Shown: positions 29,718-39,662, numbered from the stretch's first letter. The stretch is 64,000 bases of DNA from Vicinamibacteria bacterium (GCA_963555995.3 OY821641.1:3616001-3680000), one strand, 5' to 3'. The notes: generated by a model not told the origin, from the letters alone. Program-made: numbers and translations.

Positions 29718-29792
29718 TGAAGCTGGCTTCCTTGGCGCACCCGGAGAGTGTTCCGTGGAATCCCCAATCAATCATCAAACCACTCTAAAGTC

Positions 29793-31892
29793 ATGAAGAT
29801 CTCTCAGCTGACCGTAGAAAACATCCGCGGGATCAATCTCGCTGTCCTAGATAATCTCGGCGACGTAGTTGCCATAGCTGGCGCAAACGGCTGTGGCAAA
29901 AGCTGTCTACTTGACTGTGTACGGCTGTTCAAAAGCCAGTATGGCTCCTACTACGCGAATGAGCAGCAGATGTGGTGGCAGGAAAAAAGTCTGAATATCG
30001 ACGATCGCGCCAGCGCCATTCAGGTTCTCCGCCAAAAAAATCGAAATGGTCGCATACTCGCGGCTGTCAGACTTGAGGAGAAGGAGAAGGACTTCATTCG
30101 CGCCGATAGCCAACGTCTTACGGAACGTCTAGCACTACTGGAGCTATTTCCCGGTTTGCGGCCACAGTACGCAGAAGGTCTTTGGAACTGGAGGAGTGTC
30201 CCCGAGCTAGTTCGCTACGAACGCGAAGTCACAGAGCACACACGGGACATGCAAGCCGATATTCGTAGCGAACTGGAACGGCAAGAGATACAAGGTGAGG
30301 TCACGATCCGCCGCAACGGGACACTCAGTATCCGGCCAAATCGAGCCCTCACGTACATCTTTACGACTTTTGAGCCGGATCACTTGGGCGTCATAGATTT
30401 CCACGCAGCCGACCGAAGCTACACCTACGAGCAGGTGAGCAATGTCAACATTCGCTTTTCTCAAAAGGACGATCAATGGAAGAACTCCGCGATGTATAAC
30501 CTCGCCCAAAAGTACAGTAACGTGAAGTCCGCACTAGCGACTGAGAGTATCCGGAATCTGATCGCCGAGAAAGCCGGCGGTCGAGAGGAAGCCGAGGCTC
30601 AACTTACCTCCACTTTACGCAGCATATTCGGCGAACTCATTCCGGGAAAACGATTCGACGGCCCCACGCCGACTGCTGCGGGAGAGCTGGAGTTTCCTGT
30701 GCACACTGCCGGGACCAGCCACGACCTCAACGACCTGTCCTCTGGGGAGAAGGAGGTGGTTTTTGGCTACCTTCGTACACGCGCAAGGGCGGCCCGTAAC
30801 AGCGTGATTATTGTTGACGAACCTGAACTGCATCTGAATCCCGCCATGATTCGCGGGCTACCGACGCTCTATCAAAAACACATAGGGAGTGCACTTAACA
30901 ACCAGATCTGGCTGGTAACACATTCCGACGTGTTTCTTCGGACCGCCTTCTATGATTCGGACATGGAATTATTTCATATGGCAGTTGGAGTGAGAGAGCC
31001 AGGGACTAACCAGATCACTCGAATATCACAACAATCAGAATTCGACCGCGTATGCATTGAGCTGATCGGAGACATCGCAAACTATCGTCCGGATCAACCA
31101 GTGCTCATTGTCGAAGGGCAGCAACAGTTCGATGTCCTTGTTCTGCGCCGCTTGTTTGCAGAGATGCTTAAGGGTGTGAACGTACTCGAAGCTGGAGGCA
31201 AAGCGCAGGTGCTGCAGAGACAGACATCGCTACGTGACTCTGTGAAAAAATCCGGGCAGTCGAAAACAATTCTCAGCATTACCGACTCCGATGGAGATCG
31301 AAAGAGTGATGAACGCAAAGGTCAATACCAGTGGGCCGCCTACCACATAGAGAACTACCTTATCGAACCGAAGTACATCGGTTTGGCTATGGATTCGATT
31401 GCGGCCAACGCGCCGGGAACTACCGCGATCCCGTACGTAAGAGAACTCGTGCGCACCAGCAAGGACCAGGCGGCTCTGGAAATAAGTCGTCGTAATCTCC
31501 TGAAGCGGATCAAGAGTCGCGTCAACCGAAATTTGCGGCTGGATCCGGGTCGCGCCGATCAAGAGCTCTCCGCGACTGAGCTCCGGGGCCAGCTTGAGTC
31601 GTGCAGGGATGCGATCAATGCAGAATTTTCTAGGACAATGGAGGGCGATAGACTAGAAGATGAACTGCGGAAACAACGACAGGAGACGACGAATTTGCAG
31701 GAGCAGGACACTACGCCCGACACATTGCCCGGTCGTGAGGTGTTGAGAAAGATCGCTGAACGTGCGATACCGAATGGCAACTACGAGACGCTGCGTAATG
31801 CAATCCTCAACGAAATGGCGCGGGATGGGTTTCAACCGCCAGGAATGAGAGTTGTCTTACAGCGTTGTCTTTCGTCGGCTATGGCCACCTAG
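29793..31892 (+). CDS. OLD-like ABC ATPase fused to TOPRIM-like nuclease domain (candidate defence protein)
   Basis: Walker A GANGCGKS, signature LSSGEKE, Walker B IIVDEPELHLNP, H-loop VTHS; TOPRIM-like VEG..D, DSD, IENYL; lower GC than flanks. Confidence 0.82.
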   Translation: MKISQLTVENIRGINLAVLDNLGDVVAIAGANGCGKSCLLDCVRLFKSQYGSYYANEQQMWWQEKSLNIDDRASAIQVLRQKNRNGRILAAVRLEEKEKDFIRADSQRLTERLALLELFPGLRPQYAEGLWNWRSVPELVRYEREVTEHTRDMQADIRSELERQEIQGEVTIRRNGTLSIRPNRALTYIFTTFEPDHLGVIDFHAADRSYTYEQVSNVNIRFSQKDDQWKNSAMYNLAQKYSNVKSALATESIRNLIAEKAGGREEAEAQLTSTLRSIFGELIPGKRFDGPTPTAAGELEFPVHTAGTSHDLNDLSSGEKEVVFGYLRTRARAARNSVIIVDEPELHLNPAMIRGLPTLYQKHIGSALNNQIWLVTHSDVFLRTAFYDSDMELFHMAVGVREPGTNQITRISQQSEFDRVCIELIGDIANYRPDQPVLIVEGQQQFDVLVLRRLFAEMLKGVNVLEAGGKAQVLQRQTSLRDSVKKSGQSKTILSITDSDGDRKSDERKGQYQWAAYHIENYLIEPKYIGLAMDSIAANAPGTTAIPYVRELVRTSKDQAALEISRRNLLKRIKSRVNRNLRLDPGRADQELSATELRGQLESCRDAINAEFSRTMEGDRLEDELRKQRQETTNLQEQDTTPDTLPGREVLRKIAERAIPNGNYETLRNAILNEMARDGFQPPGMRVVLQRCLSSAMAT

Positions 31893-32234
31893 CAGGCTGT
31901 GCTGAAACTCCGCTGGGCGGAATGAGTGCGCTGGCGGGGCTTTGTAGAATTCTCGCATGGCTATGGAACGTCGGACGACGCGGCAGCAAGGGTTGTGGAT
32001 TGCGACCGAGGCATTGCCGCGGAGCAAGGGGGATCCGTTTTGCGAGCGTCTGAATGTCACTTGGCGCTTGGACAGGCCTTTCCGCGTGCCGCATCGCGCA
32101 CCTCTGGTACCGTTGTCCGGCCCCGATCCTCGCCCTCTTGGCCGAACCTCCGTTTTGGCCGTATCTACACGAGCCGAGGCTCGACGCTCATCCCTGACGG
32201 CATCCGCCGTAAACGCCAATTTCGGTACAGGCTG
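31893..32234 (+). mobile_element. Internally deleted IS (IS1182/IS5-like) remnant
   Basis: Imperfect IRs CAGGCTGTGCTGAAA / TTTCGGTACAGGCTG flanked by CTAG and TTAG; transposase N-terminus MAMERRTTRQQGLWIATEALPRSKGDPFCERLN. Confidence 0.7.
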
Positions 32235-32316
32235 TTAGCGTCGCGCCCATGACGGGACATGGCGTGCTTCCTGCTGTAGTACCGTGTACGGAGGCGTAGC
32301 GTTACGCAGGAGGGGA

Positions 32317-34797
32317 ATGAAAACAACAACTGACTATATTTCGGGCAAGCTCGTCGCGGCGACGCCTGAAGAAACTGATGCCGTCCAGGTCATGGCGCGA
32401 GTCTTGGTAGAGGACTACGGCTATCCCAAATCCCAGATCGCTACGCATCCTCAGTGGCGAGTGAGTGCGTATCCATCGGACACAAAGAAGTCGTACCCTG
32501 TCGATATCGCGGTCTTCACGGGGTCAAATTGGTCAGATGACACATTGACGATCATCGTTGAATGCAAAAAGAAGACACGAAGTGACGGACTTGACCAACT
32601 CAAGACGTATCTTCGGTTGTCAGCCGCGAATCTGGGAGTTTGGTTTAACGGAGAACAGCGCGTCTTCATTCAAAAGAGACAGAAGGATGGACGCACGGAG
32701 TTCTATGAGATTCCCAACATACCGCGTAACGGCGAGCGTGTGGAGGATATCGGGAAATACCGAAAAAAGGATCTGTCGGTACCTGTCAATCTAAAGGTTA
32801 CGTTTCGATCCATCCGCAACTATCTCGCTGGCAGATCCGTGGGCGCTACGCGGGACGAGGTGTTTGCTCAAGAGATTATCAATCTCGTTTTCTGCAAAAT
32901 CTACGACGAGCGATTCACCGAACCAGATGCCTTACTTACATTTCGCGCTGGCGCAGGGGAATCAAGCCGAGACGTGGCGGACCGTTTGCGCGCGCTCTTT
33001 CGAGTTGTCAAGACCAAATACTCCGAAGTGTTTTCCGATGGTGATGACTTGGCGTTGGACGACGGATCCATCGCATACATTGTGGGAGAGCTTCATCGCT
33101 TTGCTTTTACGGAGGCGAAGCGGGATGTGATCGCCGAGGCATTTGAAACATTTATTGGGCAAGCTCTGAAGGGCAGCCAAGGCCAGTTCTTTACTCCACG
33201 AAACGTCGTTCGGTTGTTGGTTGAAATCGTTGATCCCGAGCCGGACGACCAGATCATTGATCCAGCGTGTGGCTCCGGGGGATTCTTAGTGGAGTCTCTG
33301 CGGCATGTATGGACCAAGCTGGAGGCCGCGGGTAAGGACTACGGATGGACCGACAGCGCACTTGGCGAGGAGAAACAGAGCGTGGCGATTATGAACATCG
33401 CCGGTATTGATAAGGACTCGTTCTTGAGTCGTGTCACAAAGGCATACATGGCGATCGTAGGTGACGGCAAGGGCGGCATATTCTGCGAGGATAGTCTCGC
33501 CAGGCCGGAGGACTGGCAACCGAAGACCCAAAGTCGGATTGGCCTCGGCAGGTTTGATGTCCTGTTGACGAATCCCCCATTCGGCAAGAAGATTGTGGTG
33601 GACGGCGAGAGGGTTCTGGGGCAATACGACCTGGCGCGAAACTACAAGACGATGGGGGGCCACCTGGTTTCGACCACACTCCGGGAAACGCAACGACCTG
33701 ACATTCTGTTCATAGAACGGTCCATGCAGCTCTTGAAGCCAGGGGGCCGTATGGCCATCGTCCTTCCTGAGACGTTCTTCCACGCGCCCAGATCGAAGTA
33801 TGTGATGGGTTTCATGCAGCGGCACAACATCCAGTGGGTTGTTGATTTGCCGCACAATACGTTTAGGCCACACAACAACGCGAAATGCCTCGTCATTGTG
33901 CTTCAAAAGGACACAGAGCAACAGGAGACAATTGATATGGCCGTTGCCGAGGAAATGGGCCACGATCACCAGGGAAAGGACCTGTATCGTTATGACCGAA
34001 GTACGCATACGATAGACAAGACGCAGTTGTGGGACGATATTCGTCGGATCCTCGCTGAGCTAAAGGGCGGCGGTCCACGAACCTATACATTTACCGAAAC
34101 AGCGAGCCTGCTAGCAGCCGAGAACGTGTACGTGCCGCGGTACTATTGGAAGCAGTCTGCGAAGAACATAAGGAGCGAAGCGAAGAAGGCGGGGATGGAA
34201 CTGGTAGAGGTTCGTGAGCTGATCAGGGATGGCGCAATTCGGGGCTTTGACGGACACGGTTCGCCTTCGGCAAGCTATAAGGGAAAGGGTGAGGTTCCGT
34301 ACGTTCGAGTGGCGGATATTGTGAATTGGGAAATTTACAAGAATCCGACAGCACTTGTTCCCGAAAGGGTCTATAGGGAATACGTTAAGCCCGCAAAGGC
34401 ACTGCACGAGGGAGACGTACTGTTTGTTAGGAGAGGCAGTTACCGTATTGGTAGCGTGGCGATTGTATCGCCGTTGGATACTAAGTGTGTGCTAACGAGA
34501 GAAATCGTCGTTCTACGGATTCTCGACCGCAATAACGCATACGACATTGATCCGTTCTATCTCTTGTACTTGTTGTCTCACAATCTAGTACAAAGACAGG
34601 GCTTTACGAAGACGCTGATCGAAACGACGTTGCCGAATATGGGCGACAGATGGAAGGACTTGATGTTGCCGATCGCCAAAAGAAGATCCGAGAGGATCCG
34701 GATAGCGGCAGACATGAAGGCAGTGATTCAAAACAAGTGGAAGGCAATACGTGGTATCGCAGCGCTAAAGAGGAAGCATGGAGAACTAGTCACGTAA
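32317..34797 (+). CDS. Fused restriction-modification enzyme (HsdR_N-like nuclease, N6-adenine MTase, TRD; type IIG-like)
   Basis: VDIAVF..IIVECKK; GQFFTPRNVV; DPACGSGGF; NPPF; C-terminal TRD-like YVRVADI..GDVLFVRRG. Confidence 0.9.
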   Translation: MKTTTDYISGKLVAATPEETDAVQVMARVLVEDYGYPKSQIATHPQWRVSAYPSDTKKSYPVDIAVFTGSNWSDDTLTIIVECKKKTRSDGLDQLKTYLRLSAANLGVWFNGEQRVFIQKRQKDGRTEFYEIPNIPRNGERVEDIGKYRKKDLSVPVNLKVTFRSIRNYLAGRSVGATRDEVFAQEIINLVFCKIYDERFTEPDALLTFRAGAGESSRDVADRLRALFRVVKTKYSEVFSDGDDLALDDGSIAYIVGELHRFAFTEAKRDVIAEAFETFIGQALKGSQGQFFTPRNVVRLLVEIVDPEPDDQIIDPACGSGGFLVESLRHVWTKLEAAGKDYGWTDSALGEEKQSVAIMNIAGIDKDSFLSRVTKAYMAIVGDGKGGIFCEDSLARPEDWQPKTQSRIGLGRFDVLLTNPPFGKKIVVDGERVLGQYDLARNYKTMGGHLVSTTLRETQRPDILFIERSMQLLKPGGRMAIVLPETFFHAPRSKYVMGFMQRHNIQWVVDLPHNTFRPHNNAKCLVIVLQKDTEQQETIDMAVAEEMGHDHQGKDLYRYDRSTHTIDKTQLWDDIRRILAELKGGGPRTYTFTETASLLAAENVYVPRYYWKQSAKNIRSEAKKAGMELVEVRELIRDGAIRGFDGHGSPSASYKGKGEVPYVRVADIVNWEIYKNPTALVPERVYREYVKPAKALHEGDVLFVRRGSYRIGSVAIVSPLDTKCVLTREIVVLRILDRNNAYDIDPFYLLYLLSHNLVQRQGFTKTLIETTLPNMGDRWKDLMLPIAKRRSERIRIAADMKAVIQNKWKAIRGIAALKRKHGELVT

Positions 34798-35251
34798 CGT
34801 GCGCACAGGCTGCGTATAGTCTTGTATGTAAGTTCCTTTCAGGCCGTGCCGTCTAACACGCCGCCGAGTTCGATCGGTGCAGAGGCGGTGGTTGGCGGGA
34901 TTCTCGGAGCATCGAGGCCGAAACTCGACGCGAACGAAAGCGACCGGTTCAAGCGACACCGCCAGACCACGGCGCATGGGTGATCGAGGGTCGCGGCTGC
35001 GGAGCCGCCTTGGGCGCGAAGCCGTGTCATCGGCCCCGGGTTCGCGCTCCCGAGAGGCCCGCCACCCATGAGAACGGAGTGTTGGCGTTCCGGGCGTTGC
35101 GCCATCCCGGGTGATGAGGTTCGCGCCGCCGCCCGCCGGCGGCGGGCTGTGCCGGCTGAAGCCGGCGTTCCAAACACCATGCGCCATGCGGACTCTCGGC
35201 GTCGCCGGAGCCGCCCTGTCACAGCACCTGGCTGTCCTGGCGCGGGCGGGT

Positions 35252-35400
35252 TCAGTTCGTGTTCGTGAACAGGAAGCCGAAGACCGCGATGAGGACAGTC
35301 ACCAGCAGGCCCATGGCGCCGAACAGGAGCCGCGTGTGGGCGGCGAGCACGGCCAGCTTGCGGTCGTGTGCGGCGACGGCCGCGGCGAGTGCGTCCGGTT
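35252..35400 (-). pseudogene. Start-less fragment of a coiled-coil/C-terminal TM protein
   Basis: ..AAAVAAHDRKLAVLAAHTRLLFGAMGLLVTVLIAVFGFLFTNTN*; resembles the tail architecture of 39288..39662; no start codon found for the full frame. Confidence 0.3.
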
Positions 35401-35434
35401 TTCGGTCCCGTTCGGCTCCGCGATAATGGTGAGA

Positions 35435-35743
35435 ATGAACAACCTCAAGCTCAAAATCTTAGAACGCGCTTACGCCGACCCCGGCTTGACCGTAGGGGGG
35501 CTGGCCGACTGCATCAGCCGTGGGCCGAAGACTGAACAAGAGGTCCAGTATCTGGTAGATAAGGGATACCTGCTCAACGACAATGGCCTTGGCCTGTCGA
35601 ATAAGGGCTTCGCTCGTATCGATTCGGCGAGCTTTAGAAATCGGGCGATGCGAGTCGGCAAGTGCGTGCTGAGGACTGGTCTATCCGTCGTCGCAGTGTT
35701 GATCGGCAACTGGCTCTGGCACCTGATGCAATCCTCCCTCTAG
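35435..35743 (+). CDS. Small hypothetical protein (wHTH-like plus C-terminal hydrophobic helix)
   Basis: MNNLKLKILE..VQYLVDKGYL..LSNKG..VVAVLIGNWLW; lower GC. Confidence 0.55.
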   Translation: MNNLKLKILERAYADPGLTVGGLADCISRGPKTEQEVQYLVDKGYLLNDNGLGLSNKGFARIDSASFRNRAMRVGKCVLRTGLSVVAVLIGNWLWHLMQSSL

Positions 35744-36004
35744 TACATGGGGAGCAGTTCATCTGCTTCGCACCTCGTTTGCCTCTTCGGACGGCACCGG
35801 AACTGATCTCGGACCTGCCTGTGTAGCTTTCCGATCACCATCAGTTTGAGACGGAATGTGGAAAGTCGAAGCGAAGAGGAGTGCGGAGTGAGGCGGCGGC
35901 AGCGGAGCGTCGACCTATGGCTAGCATCGCCCGGGAGCGCGCAACCCGTGTTGATGGCGCCGCGCTATGGGGACGTGAGAGCCGCCGTCGCTCCTTGGGG
36001 GTGT

Positions 36005-36145
36005 GCGGTTTCGCCTCGCTGCGCTCGGCGATGCCGGCCGGAGGTCGGCGCTCCAAGCCGTGCGGGCCACCCGCGGCGCCGGAGCTATGCCCGTTCGCCT
36101 CGCTACGCTCGGCGATGCCGGCCGGAGGCCGGCGCTCCCAGCCGC
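36005..36145. repeat. REP-variant doublet
   Basis: Two copies of TTCGCCTCGCTRCGCTCGGCGATGCCGGCCGGAGGYCGGCGCTCC. Confidence 0.7.
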
Positions 36146-36226
36146 CGTGCCGTGAGGGTTCGGAGCTACAGGCAGCGCGGCGCCCGTCGGGACATCCAGG
36201 CGCAGTCCGGGACTGCCGAGTTGGAG

Positions 36227-36257
36227 CGTTGACAAGATAGTCAACGGACGCAAGAAT
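36227..36257 (+). promoter_or_regulatory. Sigma70 promoter with overlapping palindromic operator
   Basis: TTGACA-17 nt-AAGAAT, 7 nt before ATG 36265; inverted repeat CGTTGAC-N6-GTCAACG over the -35. Confidence 0.7.
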
Positions 36258-36264
36258 CGCCCCC

Positions 36265-38772
36265 ATGGAGATCGGGGAGCTGCTGCGGGGGAGGCGGGAG
36301 GAAACGGGGGCCTCTCTCCGGTCCGTCGCCCAACAGACGAACGTGGACCCGGCGTACCTGTCACGGGTCGAGGGCGGCCGAGTCCAGCCCTCCGAGTCGT
36401 TGCTCCGGCGGCTCGCCCCGGTGTTGTCCCTCCGAGAGGACGAACTGCTCCTCGCCGCGGGCCGGATCCCGGAACCGCTCCGGACGACCTTCGCCCAGCG
36501 CCCGGCCCTCGCCTCGGCGGGGGTACGCGCCGCAGCGGCGCTCTGCGCCCAGCCGCCCGCCGGCGAATGGCCCCCCTTCGCCGTCGCGGGTCCCCGCGCC
36601 ATCGAAGACGACTTCCCCTTCGAGGCGATCAGCGAGATCGCGGAGATGGAGAGCTGGAGGAAGGAGATTTCCCGGCCCCCCTACCACGTCCACAAGTGGT
36701 GGGCGCGCCGGCTGGGCTCCGTGTTCCGGTCGGCGATCATCGCGGCGGCGGCTCCCCGGGGTTCCTCGGTCATGGAGCTGTTCCACGGGTCGGTGCGGTT
36801 TCCGGGGCTCACCGTGTTCGATCCCTTCATGGGCAGCGGCACGACCGTCGGCGAGGCGGTCAAGCTCGGCTGTTCCGCGATTGGCGGCGACATCAACCCC
36901 GTCGCCTATCGCGCCGTTCGCGTCGGGCTGGGGCGCCTTCCCGCGGACGAACTGGAGCACCAGTTCCGGGGGCTTGCCCGCAGCGTCGGCGGCAAGCTCC
37001 GGTCGCTCTACCGGACGACCGACAGCCTCGGGAACCCGGCGGACGCGCTCTACTTCTTCTGGGTGAAGCGGCTCCCCTGCCCGGAGTGCGGGGACGCGGT
37101 GGACCTCTTCTCCCGCTACGTCTTCGCCCAGCACGCGCTGCGCACGGCCCGCCGGGAGGTCCGCGCGGTCTGCCCGGAGTGCGGGGACCTGGTGCGGTGC
37201 CGGAACGACGCCAAGCGTGTTCACTGCGGCTGCGGCCACCGATTCGACCCGCAGCGCGGACCGGCAGCGCGAACGACGGCGCGGTGTCCCCGAGGTCACG
37301 AGTTCTCGATCGCGCGGGCGGCCGGCGCCCGGGACGCGCCTCCCGAGCACCGGATGTTCGCCAAGTTGGTGCTGCGGGCCGATGGCGCGAAGGAGTACCT
37401 CACCCCGACCTCCGACGACTTGGCGGCCTTCGACGACGCCCGGCGGCGGTTGCGCGAGAGCCCGCTTCCCGTCCCCGATGACCCCATCCCTCCGGGACAC
37501 AACACCGACCAGATCCTCCGCTACGGCTACCGGCGCTGGAGCCAGCTCTTCAACGAGCGTCAACTGCTCGCCCTGACCACGCTGGCGGACGCGATTCGAC
37601 GGCTACCCGGCGGCCCCGCCAAGGAAGCGCTGGCGGTGCTCTTCTCCGGCGCCCTCGAGTTCAACAACATGTTCGCCTCCTACAAGGGCGAGGGGACCGG
37701 CGCCGTCCGGCACATGTTCTCGCACCACATCCTGAAGCCCGAGAGGACACCGATCGAAGCGAACGTCTGGGGCACCACGCGAAGCTCGGGGGCCTTCTCG
37801 ACCCTCTTCCCGCGCCGGCTGCTGCGGGCCATCGAGTACCGGGCCGCGCCGTTCGAGCTCGCGGTCGAGAACGGGGCCGGGAAGGCCCGGTCACGGAAGG
37901 TCTTCGGCCTGAGCGCCCCCATGGACTCCGCGATCGCGGATCGCTATCCCGAGGGGGGACTGACCCCGGGAACGATCTACCTGCGCTGCGGAGATTCCTC
38001 GGCGACCGACATTCCGGACCGCAGCGTCCATCTCGTCGTCACCGACCCGCCGTTCTTCGACAACGTCCACGACTCGGAACTCGCGGACTTCTTCCACGCC
38101 TGGCAGCGTCTCTACTTCCCGGTGAACGGCGCCGAGCCGCTGACCACCCGGCACCCGCGCGAGGTCCAGGACCGCGACGCGGACACCTTCGCGAGCAAGC
38201 TGGCGGAGGTGTTCCGCGAGTGCCACCGCGTGCTTCGGGATGATGGCCTGATGGTCTTCAGCTACCACCATTCGCGGGAGACGGGGTGGACCAGTCTGGC
38301 GACGGCGCTGCGCGAGGGCGGGTTCGCCGTGGTCCGCTGCCATCCGGTGAAGTCGGAGATGTCGGTGGCCGCTCCGAAGACGCAGGCGCGCCAGCCGATT
38401 GATCTCGACGTGCTGATGGTCTGCCGCAAGGTCGAGATGGATTCCCGGGAGTTCATGGCGGCAGACGAGGCCCGGGAGCTGGCGGCGGCCGCGGCGGCGG
38501 GGCAGGCACGGCGCTTCGAGAGAGCCGGAAGGCGGCTCTCGCAGAGCGACACGAGGTTGATCTTCCGGAGTCAACTCCTGGTGCATCTCAGTCCGCGCCG
38601 TACTTCCCGGGAACTCGCCGCCGCCCTGACGGACGCCGGGGATGAGCTTGATGCCTTGGCCGACGCGGCGTGGTCGGCGCGGGCGCCATCCGGGGAGGGA
38701 CGGGACGCTGCCCTCCCGACGGCAGCCAGACCGCCGTCGCTCTTCGGTCAGGCCGTGCGGGCGGGAGTCTGA
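36265..38772 (+). CDS. XRE-HTH fused to Zn-ribbon adenine DNA methyltransferase (DUF1156-like)
   Basis: HTH SLRSVAQQTNVDPAYLSRVEGG; HKWWARR; FDPFMGSGTT; CPEC Zn ribbons; TDPPFFDN. Confidence 0.88.
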   Translation: MEIGELLRGRREETGASLRSVAQQTNVDPAYLSRVEGGRVQPSESLLRRLAPVLSLREDELLLAAGRIPEPLRTTFAQRPALASAGVRAAAALCAQPPAGEWPPFAVAGPRAIEDDFPFEAISEIAEMESWRKEISRPPYHVHKWWARRLGSVFRSAIIAAAAPRGSSVMELFHGSVRFPGLTVFDPFMGSGTTVGEAVKLGCSAIGGDINPVAYRAVRVGLGRLPADELEHQFRGLARSVGGKLRSLYRTTDSLGNPADALYFFWVKRLPCPECGDAVDLFSRYVFAQHALRTARREVRAVCPECGDLVRCRNDAKRVHCGCGHRFDPQRGPAARTTARCPRGHEFSIARAAGARDAPPEHRMFAKLVLRADGAKEYLTPTSDDLAAFDDARRRLRESPLPVPDDPIPPGHNTDQILRYGYRRWSQLFNERQLLALTTLADAIRRLPGGPAKEALAVLFSGALEFNNMFASYKGEGTGAVRHMFSHHILKPERTPIEANVWGTTRSSGAFSTLFPRRLLRAIEYRAAPFELAVENGAGKARSRKVFGLSAPMDSAIADRYPEGGLTPGTIYLRCGDSSATDIPDRSVHLVVTDPPFFDNVHDSELADFFHAWQRLYFPVNGAEPLTTRHPREVQDRDADTFASKLAEVFRECHRVLRDDGLMVFSYHHSRETGWTSLATALREGGFAVVRCHPVKSEMSVAAPKTQARQPIDLDVLMVCRKVEMDSREFMAADEARELAAAAAAGQARRFERAGRRLSQSDTRLIFRSQLLVHLSPRRTSRELAAALTDAGDELDALADAAWSARAPSGEGRDAALPTAARPPSLFGQAVRAGV

Positions 38773-38808
38773 GGCGGGCTCAGCTTCCGGCCGCGTCGGC
38801 CGGCTGCG

Positions 38809-39291
38809 ACATAAGCTCGGGCGGCGAGACGGGCTGAATCACACAAGTTCGGGCGGCGAGACGGGCTGAATCACACAAGTTCGGGCGGCGAGACGGGCTG
38901 AATCACACAAGTTCGGGCGGCGAGACGGGCTGAATCACACAAGCTCGGGCGCCGAGACGGGTCGAATCACACAAGCTCGGGGTGCGAGGCGGGCTGAATC
39001 ACATAAGTTCGTGGCGCGAGAAGGGCTGAATCACATAAGTTCAGGGGTGCGAGGAGGGCCGAATCACATAAGTTCAGGGTGCGAGGAGGGCCGAATCACA
39101 TAAGTTCGGGGTGCGAGGCAGGCTGAATCACATAAGTTCGGGGTGCGAGACGGGCCGAATCACATAAGTTCGGGGCGCGAGACGGGCTGAATCACACAAG
39201 CTCAGGGTGCGAGACGGGTCGAATCACACAAGCTCGGGGTGCGAGACGGGCTGAATCACACAAGCTCGGGCCGCGAGGCAGGCCGAATCAC
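38809..39291. repeat. Tandem array of 14 full and 2 partial 32-bp units
   Basis: GAATCAC at 38836, 38868, 38900, 38932, 38964, 38996, 39028, 39061, 39093, 39125, 39157, 39189, 39221, 39253, 39285; consensus GAATCACAYAAGYTC-N6-CGAG-N7. Confidence 0.97.
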
Positions 39292-39662
39292 AAGCGGGCC
39301 AGCACGAGACCGAGAATGGCGAATGCCAGGATCAGTGCCACGCCCATCAGGGCCAGCAACACCCACATCTGGGCGATGAGCTTGTCCAGCTTGTGGCCAT
39401 GTTCGTTCAGCCGATGGTCGATTTCGTCCAGTCGGCGGTCGATCTCGTCGAACCGGCGGGTCATGTCCGCCATCAGCGACTGAAACTGTGGCGTGATGGC
39501 GTCCGAGATCACGGTGTGCAACCGGATTCCCTCCGCGGAGGCGTAGGCGAGCGGATCCGGCCGCAACTCCTTATGGTCGAAGTGTGCGTGCCACTCCTGG
39601 TCAACGCGCCGCATTTCTATGACGATAGGACGCGCCTCTGCGGCAGCGGTCTTCCGAACCAT
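39288..39662 (-). CDS. Small coiled-coil protein with C-terminal TM anchor
   Basis: RRFDEIDRRLDEIDHRLNEH heptads, then MWVLLALMGVALILAFAILGLVL. Confidence 0.65.
   Translation of the reverse strand: MVRKTAAAEARPIVIEMRRVDQEWHAHFDHKELRPDPLAYASAEGIRLHTVISDAITPQFQSLMADMTRRFDEIDRRLDEIDHRLNEHGHKLDKLIAQMWVLLALMGVALILAFAILGLVLARL

Noticed and set aside
29461-29778. ORFs such as MVEAAGIEPAS
   Set aside because: Antisense translation of tmRNA; the same applies to ORFs over the tRNAs at 49.8 and 51.3 kb
38809-39291. CRISPR array or canonical TIGR array
   Set aside because: The variable parts are short and clearly related to each other rather than unique spacers, the total period is only 32 bp, and no cas or Nop-domain gene is recognisable in the window
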